Under the pieces are notes generated by a model, which was not told the DNA's origin, did not search any database, and was given only the letters and a program-made list of their open reading frames with translations. Both the position numbers and the translations under genes were made by a program. From Rhabdothermincola salaria (GTDB lineage Bacteria; Actinomycetota; Acidimicrobiia; Acidimicrobiales; Acidimicrobilacustridaceae): a stretch of DNA of 64,000 nucleotides. How positions within the stretch are numbered: the first letter of the stretch is position 1; each line of letters starts with the position of its first letter. The stretch lies in assembly GCF_021246445.1 (NCBI RefSeq), contig NZ_JAJQXW010000004.1:1-64000 (forward strand). Direction: 5' to 3'. Shown here piece by piece: positions 20,392-29,433 of this stretch.

Positions 20392-21668
20392 GGACCGACC
20401 CTCCCATGGACCGACTGGTACGAAACTGCAACCGCTCCGAGCGAGGGCCCGGTGCGCACTGTTGTCGCGCCGTCGGAGGTGATCTCGGCCTCGACCACCA
20501 ACTTCGACGGATCCTGGCCGAGCAGCTTGAGCCAGCGGCCGTGCGACCGCAACGCGGCCCAAACGGACCGATGGACGTGATACGGAAGGGCCTGTTCGGC
20601 ACAAGTGGCTCGGAGCCGGGTCGCCATGGCCGGATACAGGGTGTGCGGCAGCCGGGGGGAGAGGTGGTGCTCGATCTGGTGGTCGAGGCCACCCATGATC
20701 CAGCGGACGAACCCGCCGAGCAGCGGCGCCCGACACTCGATGTTGGCGGTCGTGCGCAGTTGACGCATCTCGAACGACTCGTGTCGCTCGGCGTCAGCCC
20801 CATCGAGGAACTCGACGGTGTCGGTGCAGTGGGCCAACTGGAACACCATGGCGAGGGAGAAGCCCACCAGCCACGATCCGACCAGGTAGAAGAGCGCGAC
20901 CCCCCACCACGGGTGGAACAAGAGGGGGATGAAGACCGCCCACCCGAGGTGCACCAGCTTGCCGCCGGCGACGACCGCAACCTCGCGGCGTCGGGGCGGG
21001 CGAGGGAACCGGTCGGTGCCGAACCCGCCCTTCAGGAGGGCGGCGACGTCGGACGCGAAGAACCACTTCACGGTGAGGAAGCCGTACAGGACCCACATGT
21101 ACACATGCTGGTAGCGGTGCCACGAGCGCCACGCCTGTTGGGGGGCCAGACGAGCGAACGGCGACTGCTCGATGTCGCTGTCGCGACCGACGACGTTGGT
21201 GTGGGCATGGTGCAACGTGTTGTGCTTGAAGCGCCACACCCACGAGCTCGCGCCGAGCACGTCGGCGCTGTACGCGACCAGGCGGTTCGTGCGCCGCGAC
21301 GCGCTGAACGCCCCGTGGTTGGCGTCGTGCAGTATGCCGGTGCCGACCGCCACGACACAGACAACGAGCAACCCGGTGAACCCGATCCGACCCAACCAAC
21401 CGGTCGAGGAGAACACGAGACCCCAGTAGGCGACGATGACGAGCGCAGCGATGCCGACGGCCTTGGCGTGCAGGCGCCGACGTCCGCGCCGGATATCGGC
21501 GTCGCCCGGGCGGACGGCGCTAACCAGGGACAACCGGGGCCGACCGAGCGCAGTTGGGTTCTCGGCCGTTGGGTTCTCGGCCGTTGGGTTCTCGGCCGTT
21601 GGGTTCTCGGCCGTTGGGTTCTCGGCCGTTGGGTTCTCGACGGTTGGGTTCTCGGTCGCTGAAGACAT
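20388..21668 (-). CDS. Fatty acid (acyl-CoA) desaturase
   Basis: His boxes HDANH, HNTLHH and QIEHH; N-terminal (ENPTA)7 repeat. Confidence 0.92.
   Translation of the reverse strand: MSSATENPTVENPTAENPTAENPTAENPTAENPTAENPTALGRPRLSLVSAVRPGDADIRRGRRRLHAKAVGIAALVIVAYWGLVFSSTGWLGRIGFTGLLVVCVVAVGTGILHDANHGAFSASRRTNRLVAYSADVLGASSWVWRFKHNTLHHAHTNVVGRDSDIEQSPFARLAPQQAWRSWHRYQHVYMWVLYGFLTVKWFFASDVAALLKGGFGTDRFPRPPRRREVAVVAGGKLVHLGWAVFIPLLFHPWWGVALFYLVGSWLVGFSLAMVFQLAHCTDTVEFLDGADAERHESFEMRQLRTTANIECRAPLLGGFVRWIMGGLDHQIEHHLSPRLPHTLYPAMATRLRATCAEQALPYHVHRSVWAALRSHGRWLKLLGQDPSKLVVEAEITSDGATTVRTGPSLGAVAVSYQSVHGRVGP
21553..21657 (+). repeat. 15-bp coding tandem repeat x7 (GTTGGGTTCTCGGCC)
   Basis: Five perfect and two variant units; encodes ENPTA on the minus strand. 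Confidence 0.95.
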
Positions 21669-21919
21669 AGTGATCTCGGTTCTCGCCCGTATCGCTTCGA
21701 CGCACTGCCAGGGACCAGAGCAGGGAATCATGGGCAGCCAACTCGATGATGGTGAAGAGCAGCTGTACCCCGGTCCTACCCCGCCGCCGCCGACCGCGGA
21801 ACTGTCGCCGGCGGCGAAGCGATCGAGAGAGGCGGAGCGCGGGGCCGCCGACTTGAATGACCTGGGCGGGACCGCGAGCGGGGTATGTCGCGTTGTGCTC
21901 CGGCGCCAGCCTCGGCCAC

Positions 21920-22270
21920 CTTCGCGCCGATCGGGGGTGGGGCCAACCGCGAGGTCAGGCCCGTCTCTGCTGCCGCTGGGAGCGCCAATCTGGCTGGTAG
22001 GCGGGGCCAGGCGAGCGACGGAGCCTCACGGGGGTACACCATCCTCGACTGGCCGGAAGGATGCAGGCCGCTCGGGTGTCGGGGGCTCGTCGGCGCTTGT
22101 AGCGGTGGGCGGCGACCGCGTTCACGACGAGGGCGTACCCGAGCGGGTTGAGGTGCTGGCGGGCCACACCGAGGCTGTGGGCTCGTCGCAGGTACAGGGT
22201 GTCGTCGAGGTCGCGGTTGATGCTCTCGGCGTCGTTGCGACGCGGGTAGGGCCGAACAAAGTCTGGAAGC
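21920..22270 (-). mobile_element. IS4/IS5-like DDE transposase 3' remnant B with conserved downstream region
   Basis: YPRRNDAESINRDLD fits the Y-2-R-3-E motif. Downstream noncoding DNA is homologous to 23130-23210. Confidence 0.6.
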
Positions 22271-22321
22271 GAGCCTCCTGCGTAGTATCTCGCCCACGGG
22301 GGCGCGACGAGGGGTCGAACA

Positions 22322-22762
22322 ATGACGATTTCGCTGGACGAGGTCAGGTCCTTCGGTGAGCGCTTCCATCACGTCGTCGGCACGGAGAAGGGCGATGGCG
22401 AAGCGCAGGGGGCGTTCTTCCTGCACCCCGAGCCGCGCCTGATCGTCGCCCACGGCGAGGACATCTCGATGGACGGCAACTGGCGGATCCATCAGCGCAT
22501 CGTCGAGGAGCGGATCACCTGGCTCGAACCGTGGGACCTGACCCAGCTCTGTGACGAACCCGAACGGGCCCGCGCCACCGGCGCCGTGCTGTGGGAGGGT
22601 CGTTCGCTCGACGACGAGGCCGGTCTGGTGCGTGTGGTGGTCGGCGAGGACTGGATCGTGCAACGCCACGCCGACGGTGGTCTGCGCTTCGCGCTCTACA
22701 TCAACACCTACCACCGGGCGCTGCCGGGCTCCTCGGCGATGGATATCCGCCCCGGATCCTGA
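22322..22762 (+). CDS. SnoaL/NTF2-like protein
   Basis: 146 aa alpha+beta pattern; GEDWIVQR..LRFALY. Confidence 0.6.
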   Translation: MTISLDEVRSFGERFHHVVGTEKGDGEAQGAFFLHPEPRLIVAHGEDISMDGNWRIHQRIVEERITWLEPWDLTQLCDEPERARATGAVLWEGRSLDDEAGLVRVVVGEDWIVQRHADGGLRFALYINTYHRALPGSSAMDIRPGS

Positions 22763-22799
22763 CCTCGCTTCTTCGTCGCGCTGACCTGGTCGGGACCGT

Positions 22800-23210
22800 G
22801 GGGCGGGCGCGACGGCCACGTCACTACCCGCCGTTCATGGCCCTCGCGTTCGACGCGTTGTTGTCGGTGTTCGGCTCCGCCCGCCAGGTCGAGGCCGAAC
22901 TGGCCCACCCCCTGGTGTGGGGCCTGATCCGCGACACCGCCGCCCGACACCGCCCCGAAGTGACGCTGCCGGCGCGGCCGATGCGCAAGCACCACCACCG
23001 GTACCTGCGCGACCGCTACCTCACCGACCCCGCCATCTTCGCCTCGACTCCCGAGCGGCCTGAACCGCTCCGGTCATCGAGCGCATCGCTCCGAGGGGAG
23101 TGAATCGGCGCGCCTCGATCCGCACCACGGGCCCGATTCGCGCTCCGCGCCGACGACCGAGACCGGCCGGACCTCCCGGTTGGCCCCACTACGCTGACCC
23201 CCGATCGGCG
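22800..23210 (+). mobile_element. Internally deleted transposase remnant C
   Basis: N-terminal-like fragment RPRHYPPFMALAFDALLSVFGSARQVEAEL joined to the same CCCGAGCGGCCTGAACCGCT end seen in remnant A. Confidence 0.55.
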
Positions 23211-23347
23211 AGCAGTGGGTTTCGCGCCACCTTTTCGCCATCCCCCGCCCTCGTAGGGGGTGCGCAAAACCCTGGAAGGCCAGGTCCGCGCAGAGCCCTA
23301 CCACGAGTGCGTAACGGATCGAGCCGAACCGGGAACGTTCGGTGTCC

Positions 23348-23995
23348 TCAGTTGTCCAGTTTGTCCACCCAGGACTGGCCGACGATCCGATTGCCGGCCT
23401 CGATGACGTGGATCGAAAGGTCGATGGGGATGTCTCCTACATCCAGGACCGACGAGAACGCTCGCACCCGAGCCGCCCTACCGGTGGGCAGTTGGGTTAG
23501 CCCGACGGGCAGGAGCGCAGAACTCGGTCGCAGCACGATCGCGTCGAGATCGGAGCGCAGGCCTCTTCCCAGGTCCGCCCCGAGCATGTCCACAACGAGG
23601 CGCCATCGCATCCACGTCGCCGTCAAGATTCGTGGCATCGAAGAGTCCTCAAAGATGGCGCTGGAGGTCAACTTCATGCGGTACCCGTACCGCCCGAGTG
23701 CACGGACAAAAGCCGAGGGGACCGGTTCGTGCGCTGGAACTGCGAGGACCCGAGCAGCCATCGCGAACGGGAGCACGTCGGGGGGCATCTGCTCTTCGGT
23801 CAAGTGGCTGTTGCGCAGCAAGAAGGCGGTGGCCCACAGGCTGGCCAGGGCGTGGTCGGCGACCACTGACTTGACCCATGCCAGGTGCCCTTCGTCGACT
23901 CGACCCATCTCGATCGCCTTGAGCACGTCGTTGTCGGAACGGATCAACTGCGGGACGGTGCCCTCGAGGTGTCGAAGGCGGGACTCCAGGGTCAT
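23348..23995 (-). CDS. Hypothetical protein
   Basis: 215-aa ORF, ATGA-coupled to the upstream HTH gene. Confidence 0.65.
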   Translation of the reverse strand: MTLESRLRHLEGTVPQLIRSDNDVLKAIEMGRVDEGHLAWVKSVVADHALASLWATAFLLRNSHLTEEQMPPDVLPFAMAARVLAVPAHEPVPSAFVRALGRYGYRMKLTSSAIFEDSSMPRILTATWMRWRLVVDMLGADLGRGLRSDLDAIVLRPSSALLPVGLTQLPTGRAARVRAFSSVLDVGDIPIDLSIHVIEAGNRIVGQSWVDKLDN

Positions 23996-24483
23996 CGGTG
24001 ATCCTCCTCGTCTGGCATGGCGGCGATGAGTTCCTGGTATTCGGCCATCTGGTCGGCCACGGCCTCGGCCTGCCGGTGGATGCTCTCGAGCTCTCGCAGC
24101 CGGCCCCCCACCTCGTGGTCAACCGAAAGACGGGTGTGAGCCCGAAGCGCCAAGGCAATGGCCTGGACAGCTGCCCGGTGCTGGACGCCCTCGTCGTCTG
24201 ATTGGAGGAGGCCCGCCAAGACGCTCGTGGCGCTGTCGGCCAGCGAGACCAGCCCGATGGTGAGCTCCTCCATCCGGTCGATGCGACGTTGGTGGACCTC
24301 TTGCTTCACTGCGGGACGGGCGAGCAGACGCTGAACGGTCTTGCGCGAGACACCGAGCGCCGCAGCGATCTGTAGATGGGTCGCTCCCGCCGCACGGGCC
24401 TCGACAACCGCTGCGATCTCATCGGTCGAGCGGCCAGCGGTCATCAACGGTTCGGCGGGATTCTCATGTGGCTTCTGAACCAT
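23992..24483 (-). CDS. Homeodomain-like HTH protein of a type common in phage/island elements
   Basis: GATHLQIAAALGVSRKTVQR HTH; AGGAGGAG RBS. Confidence 0.75.
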   Translation of the reverse strand: MVQKPHENPAEPLMTAGRSTDEIAAVVEARAAGATHLQIAAALGVSRKTVQRLLARPAVKQEVHQRRIDRMEELTIGLVSLADSATSVLAGLLQSDDEGVQHRAAVQAIALALRAHTRLSVDHEVGGRLRELESIHRQAEAVADQMAEYQELIAAMPDEEDHR

Positions 24484-24785
24484 CTGTGCTCCTCCTGAAG
24501 GTTGCTTGGGCACCTTCGGAGGAGAACCCGCCGCTTCGACAGCATCGGTTCGACAGGTTTGTTCGCGCTGCCGGGGCCGGACCCGTCGCCCATGGGCGGC
24601 GCGCCGCAGCGTGAATGCGGCATTCATGGCCTTGTCTCGCCGGGCCGGCACAGCGTCGAGACCCCAGACGCTCTGACTCAGCTTCCCGGTCGAGCTTGCA
24701 AGCCGAGCCGTGGCCGGGTCACCTCCCTGGACAGCCGCTCGCTGCCAGGACGAGTTGAGCAGTGAACCGGCACGCGGCCCCGGGA

Positions 24786-25529
24786 TCAGCGCACGCAGCC
24801 GGCCACCAGGGAGACCGTGGCCTGAGCGGCGGTGGGGAACGACCCGGGTGGGGCATGCACCAGGGTGGCGGCGCCGCCGAGCCGAAACGAGTGCATCTGT
24901 ACCATCCTCCCTCCCCCACCGCTGAGCTCGCCCCCCGGGTCGGCCAGCGCAGCGAGGACCGCCACGCCCGCGGTGCGCGACAGACGTCCGAGGGCAGCGA
25001 CCACGTCGGAAGGCGGTCCGTAGCGCTCGGCGTCGACCACGACCACCAGATCGACATCGGCCGACGACACCACCCGGGCCAACGCCGTCAACGACCCGAC
25101 GTCGCTCACCGACAACGCCGAGGCGCTCATCATGCCCACCGCGGCGGCGACGGTCTCCCACTCCGCCTCGCTCATGGCGCCGTCGGCTACGGCCACCGCC
25201 GCCACCTCGGCTTGTGAGGCCAGGAGCCGAGCGGTGAGCACCTCGATCGGCTCCGGGCTGGCCACCAGGCAGGGCGCTTCGGTCGACGTGGCCGCCGACA
25301 GCGCCAGCGCCCCCGCCTGGGCCACCAGGTCAGCCAGCACCACCGTCACCTCACCGCGCTGCACGCCCCCGTCCAGCACGGCGTCGAGCGGCACCACCCC
25401 GGTGGCCACCGGCTCGGGATCGATCACCCCGGCAAGCGGTGGGGGTGCTGACCAGCGCTGATCGAGTCGGTCCAACCACCGATCCAACGCCAGAGCGGCC
25501 GAGACCACTCGCTGCTCCATCGACCACAT
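24786..25529 (-). CDS. Degenerate DnaB-like helicase C-terminal domain protein
   Basis: VATGVVPLDAVLDGGVQRGEVTVVLA and RLLASQAEV..GAMSEAEW, but no Walker A GKT. Confidence 0.7.
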   Translation of the reverse strand: MWSMEQRVVSAALALDRWLDRLDQRWSAPPPLAGVIDPEPVATGVVPLDAVLDGGVQRGEVTVVLADLVAQAGALALSAATSTEAPCLVASPEPIEVLTARLLASQAEVAAVAVADGAMSEAEWETVAAAVGMMSASALSVSDVGSLTALARVVSSADVDLVVVVDAERYGPPSDVVAALGRLSRTAGVAVLAALADPGGELSGGGGRMVQMHSFRLGGAATLVHAPPGSFPTAAQATVSLVAGCVR

Positions 25530-25554
25530 GCTTCCCACCCTCACTGCCGCTCGA

Positions 25555-25569
25555 CAAACGTCTGTTCTA
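25555..25569 (-). promoter_or_regulatory. Possible LexA box upstream of the DnaB-like gene
   Basis: TAGAAC-AGAC-GTTTG on the minus strand, about 25 bp from the start codon. Confidence 0.35.
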
Positions 25570-25701
25570 CTCTTGAAGGCCAAGTGATGCGAGACCACCT
25601 CTTGGGCCGAGGGCCCGCGGCGTCGTGCGCCGTGGCGTTCGACCGCGGGTTGCGGACCCACACCACTGCCTGCGCGTCCAAAGCCTCCTACGATCTCGGC
25701 C

Positions 25702-26451
25702 ATGCGGAGCTTGAAGGTCGTCGTGGTGGACGACGACTACTGGAAGCGCTCGTCGATGGCCCAGAAGCTCAACGAGCACCCGACGATCGCGGTGACCCAC
25801 GCCCTCAGCCAAGACGAGACGGCCACTTGGCCGCTCGAGAACTGGAGCGGGATCGACCTCGCAGTCGTCGACATCTTCGACGAGCACGCCCCTGGAGAGG
25901 TCGGCACGGACGTGTTCTCGGGCATCAAGGCCATCGAGATCTTGAAGCCGCTGCCCGTGCGGACCTTCGCGATCACACCGCACTGCCAGCACCCGCTGGT
26001 TCGTCTGCGGCTCCACCACGCCGGCGCCGACTGGCTCTACCACCGCTGGGAGATCAACGACCTCGACCTGCTCGTCGAAGCGCTGCTCGAACCCGACGAC
26101 GACCACCGTCCACTGACACCCTCGCCCTCCGAACTCGAGGACATCGGGTGCAAGGCATCTCGACCCAACGACGCCATCCGGCTCTATGAAGCCTCGCCGC
26201 TCTACGGCCGGTTGCGCACCGAGATCGGCCTGAAGGGTCTCGGCGTCCCCCGCCGGAAGGTCGACCAGCTCCGGGTCGCGGTCATGGAGACCGGCTTCGA
26301 GGGCACCGAGGAGCGCAGCGGGGCCGGCGAGCGAAGGATCCGAGCGCCTCGATGGCCGGACATCCGCGATCACCTCCTCGCAGCCCTCGGTCGAAGCGAC
26401 GTGCCGGCCACCGAGGTCGACCGACTCGACTGGGGCGCCGGCCATCGTTGA
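25702..26451 (+). CDS. Atypical response regulator, paralog 1
   Basis: VVVVDDD, LAVVD, SG, AIT receiver pattern without the conserved Lys; unknown C-terminal domain. Confidence 0.8.
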   Translation: MRSLKVVVVDDDYWKRSSMAQKLNEHPTIAVTHALSQDETATWPLENWSGIDLAVVDIFDEHAPGEVGTDVFSGIKAIEILKPLPVRTFAITPHCQHPLVRLRLHHAGADWLYHRWEINDLDLLVEALLEPDDDHRPLTPSPSELEDIGCKASRPNDAIRLYEASPLYGRLRTEIGLKGLGVPRRKVDQLRVAVMETGFEGTEERSGAGERRIRAPRWPDIRDHLLAALGRSDVPATEVDRLDWGAGHR

Positions 26452-26510
26452 GGCGCGGACCGGGCCGGCGGGCTGCAGCCCGCCGGCCCTCGGGTCCGCC
26501 GCCCGACCTG

Positions 26511-27668
26511 TCACGTCCTTCCCGCGGTGCCGGACCACCACACGGGCGTGGACCCTCGGTAGATGACGAGGTTCCCGTCGGACTGCACCGAGAAGCGGCC
26601 TGCTCCGCTGCCGCCCGTGTGGGTGTGCCAGATGGCGCGACCGCCGCCGTAGGTCACCAGGTTGCCGTCGCTTTGGAACACGACGTACTCCTGAGCTCGC
26701 CAGTTGCTCGTCTTCCACGACGTGGCCCACAGGGCACGGCCGCTGGGCCCGTAGAGCACCAGGTTCCCGTCACCCTGCATGACGAAGCGGTACCGACCGT
26801 CCGCCGAGCGAACCGACATGCCCCGACGGAGGGTGCGGTTGTGACCCCACTCCGAGCCGGAGGCGACCCAACGGCCTCGCATGTCGGGCAGCTGGTCGAG
26901 GGTCGTGGCGCCGAGGCTGTGGGGGCCGGAGGTGCCCCGTCGCTTGAGCTCGTTGTACGTGCCGCCGTCCGGGACCCAGAGACGGGTGCCGTCGGGCGCC
27001 ACGTACCAGGTCGTGACGTTGTCGCCGCTCCAGCGGACCAACGAGTTGCGGTACTGGGACACCGATGTCGAGGGTGCTGGCGCAGGGGCGGGTGCGGGTG
27101 CCGTCGTCAGGTTCGGCACGTAGATGTAGGCATCAAAGCGGCCGGTGCGAGTACCGAAGCCTCCATCGCTGCGGTGGTTGTACTCCGACACGTTCACCGA
27201 GCCGTCGGCGTTGACGCTCTCGACGAAGGCCACGTGGCCGTAGCCGCCGTTGGTGACCGCGATCGAGCGAGCCCGTGGTGTCGCCGACACGGTCCAGCCG
27301 AGGGCTCGGGCGTTGTCGTCCCAGTTGGTGGCGTTGCCGAAGCGCTTGCCGCCCATGGTGTTGGCGAACGGCACACCGAGGCTGTTGATCTTCCACGCCA
27401 CGTAGTCGGTGCAGTTGCGGTACGAGAAGCCCCACTGGGAGTACTGCTCAGCGGAGCTGAACCACCCACTGCGGTCTCGGTCGACGCACCACGAGTAGAT
27501 GCCGAACTGACCGGCGCAGTTGGTCGCGCTGCTGTGGGGGTAGCCACCGGTCGCTGCGGCCTCTCGGGGCGTCGTCGCCAGCCCGGTGCCGGCCAGCAGC
27601 GCCGCCAGCGCAGCGGTCGAGGCCACCCGCTTCAGGGTGCGGTGCACAGGTCGGTCCTTGGTCGTCAT
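26511..27668 (-). CDS. Secreted CHAP amidase with bulb-type lectin domain
   Basis: NCTDYVAW, GNATNW, GHVAFVE, SEYN; repeated QxDGNLVxY. Confidence 0.92.
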   Translation of the reverse strand: MTTKDRPVHRTLKRVASTAALAALLAGTGLATTPREAAATGGYPHSSATNCAGQFGIYSWCVDRDRSGWFSSAEQYSQWGFSYRNCTDYVAWKINSLGVPFANTMGGKRFGNATNWDDNARALGWTVSATPRARSIAVTNGGYGHVAFVESVNADGSVNVSEYNHRSDGGFGTRTGRFDAYIYVPNLTTAPAPAPAPAPSTSVSQYRNSLVRWSGDNVTTWYVAPDGTRLWVPDGGTYNELKRRGTSGPHSLGATTLDQLPDMRGRWVASGSEWGHNRTLRRGMSVRSADGRYRFVMQGDGNLVLYGPSGRALWATSWKTSNWRAQEYVVFQSDGNLVTYGGGRAIWHTHTGGSGAGRFSVQSDGNLVIYRGSTPVWWSGTAGRT

Positions 27669-27932
27669 GGTGAACCCCTTCTCCGCCTGCGATGAGGCGC
27701 TCGTGGTCGGCCACGACAGGAGACCGCGGGCCGGCGCGCACTCATACGGGCCCGTGTGCGCGTCCTCGGTCCTCGTTCGTGGCAGAGGGGAGCCACCTCA
27801 CTGGGGGGCGTTGCGACCTCGAGGCGACCTCGACGGCGGCGCTGTGCAATCGAGCCCCTCCCACTGCTCGCGGGTCGGTGGTCCTGTGCTGGTGGCACCG
27901 ATCAGTGCGCCGTCGACGAAAGGTCCACCACG

Positions 27933-28703
27933 ATGCGCTACTCCCCGTCTCACCGGCTTCGCCTGAGCGTCGCTGTCCTGACGGTTCTCGCTGTCGTCGG
28001 CATCCTGGCCTCGCCGGCCTCGGCCTCGACCGGGTCATACATGTCGACCCAGGGCGCTCACTACGGCTGCACCAATCGGAGCCTCCCCGGGTGCAATGCC
28101 CAGGGCTCCATCGGCGCTGGCACGCGGGTCAAGATGCACTGCTGGATCGACGACTCCTGGGCCGATGGTGCCTACCGGTCCAACCGATGGTTCTTCGTGA
28201 CCACCTCGAGCGGCATCCGCAACTTCGTCCACTCCAGCCGGGTGAGCAACCAGACCTCGGTGCCGCACTGCGGTAGCCACCGCGGCATCGCCGCCTCGCG
28301 GTGGGCCGCCATGCAGATCGGTGAGACACGTCCCTCCAACATCGCCGAGAAGGCCAACAACCCGACCATGGACCGCTGGAGCGGGTGGTGCTACGTGCTG
28401 GCCTGGGACTCCCACGCCCTCTCCCACGGAGCCCGACCTCTCAGCGGCTTCGGCAGCGCCAAGTCGACCTTCTACGCCTACCAGTCCCGGGGCAAGGTGA
28501 GCGGCAATCTCAACCACTCCGCCATCAGCATCGGCTCGATCGTGTTCTGGACGAACGGCACGTACGGTCACGCCGCCATCTACGCCGGTCAGGGCATGGT
28601 CGTCTCCACCCAGGGCAACGGCTCGAGCCTCCCCCCGAACGCCCGCCTGCCGATGAGCCACTTCGGCACCCCCGCCGGCTGGGTGAGCCCTGGCAACATC
28701 TGA
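27933..28703 (+). CDS. Secreted CHAP/NlpC-P60-like hydrolase with N-terminal SH3-like domain
   Basis: Signal peptide; WSGWCY, GSIVFW..YGHAAIYAGQG. Confidence 0.75.
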   Translation: MRYSPSHRLRLSVAVLTVLAVVGILASPASASTGSYMSTQGAHYGCTNRSLPGCNAQGSIGAGTRVKMHCWIDDSWADGAYRSNRWFFVTTSSGIRNFVHSSRVSNQTSVPHCGSHRGIAASRWAAMQIGETRPSNIAEKANNPTMDRWSGWCYVLAWDSHALSHGARPLSGFGSAKSTFYAYQSRGKVSGNLNHSAISIGSIVFWTNGTYGHAAIYAGQGMVVSTQGNGSSLPPNARLPMSHFGTPAGWVSPGNI

Positions 28704-28914
28704 TGCCACCAGCAGCCGCTTGCCCTCTGGGGCCGCTGATCAGGCCGGTGGCGCGCCCGCTACGTTGCTCCCGGAGCAGAACAACCAGCTGGAGCCCGCT
28801 CAGTGCCGGGAGGAGCAACGGACACCGTGTACTCGGAAATCTGGTAGACGTGCACCGGCGACGGCCGGGATGGGGAGCGGTGGCGTGAGTGGCGGAGGTA
28901 TCGAGACGAGCCAG

Positions 28915-29433
28915 ATGCACCCGAGAGCGCGCACCCGTTGGGCCGTCGGCGTAGCACTCGGCGTCGCCGTGGTGGCTGCGGGGGTCGTCGCCGTGGTCGC
29001 CTTGGCCGGCGACGCAGGGCACGACGATTCAGCTGCCGGGCAGCCCTCCGCCGCCCCCAGCGATATCGATCCCGCTGTGGCTCGGGCCACGCTCGAGTAC
29101 CTCGAGGAGCCAGGGCGGACGGTTCTGGTGTTCGACGAGGTGGCGGCGGAGGGCATCGTCGAGATGGGCCCGACCGCCGAGCCGGACGTCTGCGATCGGA
29201 TCGCCGGCGAGCTGTCGGCCCAGGTCGGCAGCAGTGCCCAGCTCCGAGACCTGACCCTCGCCGTCCCCGACGTGGAGCTCACCAACATCGCCCTCGGAAC
29301 CCAAGCGGCGGCGCTCGATGCGCTCCTGTTCTGCGACGACGCTGCGGCGTTCACCTCCGAGCACGCCGCGGTGACGTCCGGCCGCGAGGCCATGGACGCC
29401 CGCCTGGCCGACCTCGAGGTAGCAGCCCGATGA
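28915..29433 (+). CDS. Single-pass membrane or exported protein
   Basis: N-terminal TM helix; ATGA-coupled to the next gene. Confidence 0.65.
   Translation: MHPRARTRWAVGVALGVAVVAAGVVAVVALAGDAGHDDSAAGQPSAAPSDIDPAVARATLEYLEEPGRTVLVFDEVAAEGIVEMGPTAEPDVCDRIAGELSAQVGSSAQLRDLTLAVPDVELTNIALGTQAAALDALLFCDDAAAFTSEHAAVTSGREAMDARLADLEVAAR

Noticed and set aside
21553..21657. Possible CRISPR array
   Set aside because: Head-to-tail 15-bp units with no spacers, inside a CDS, and no cas genes.
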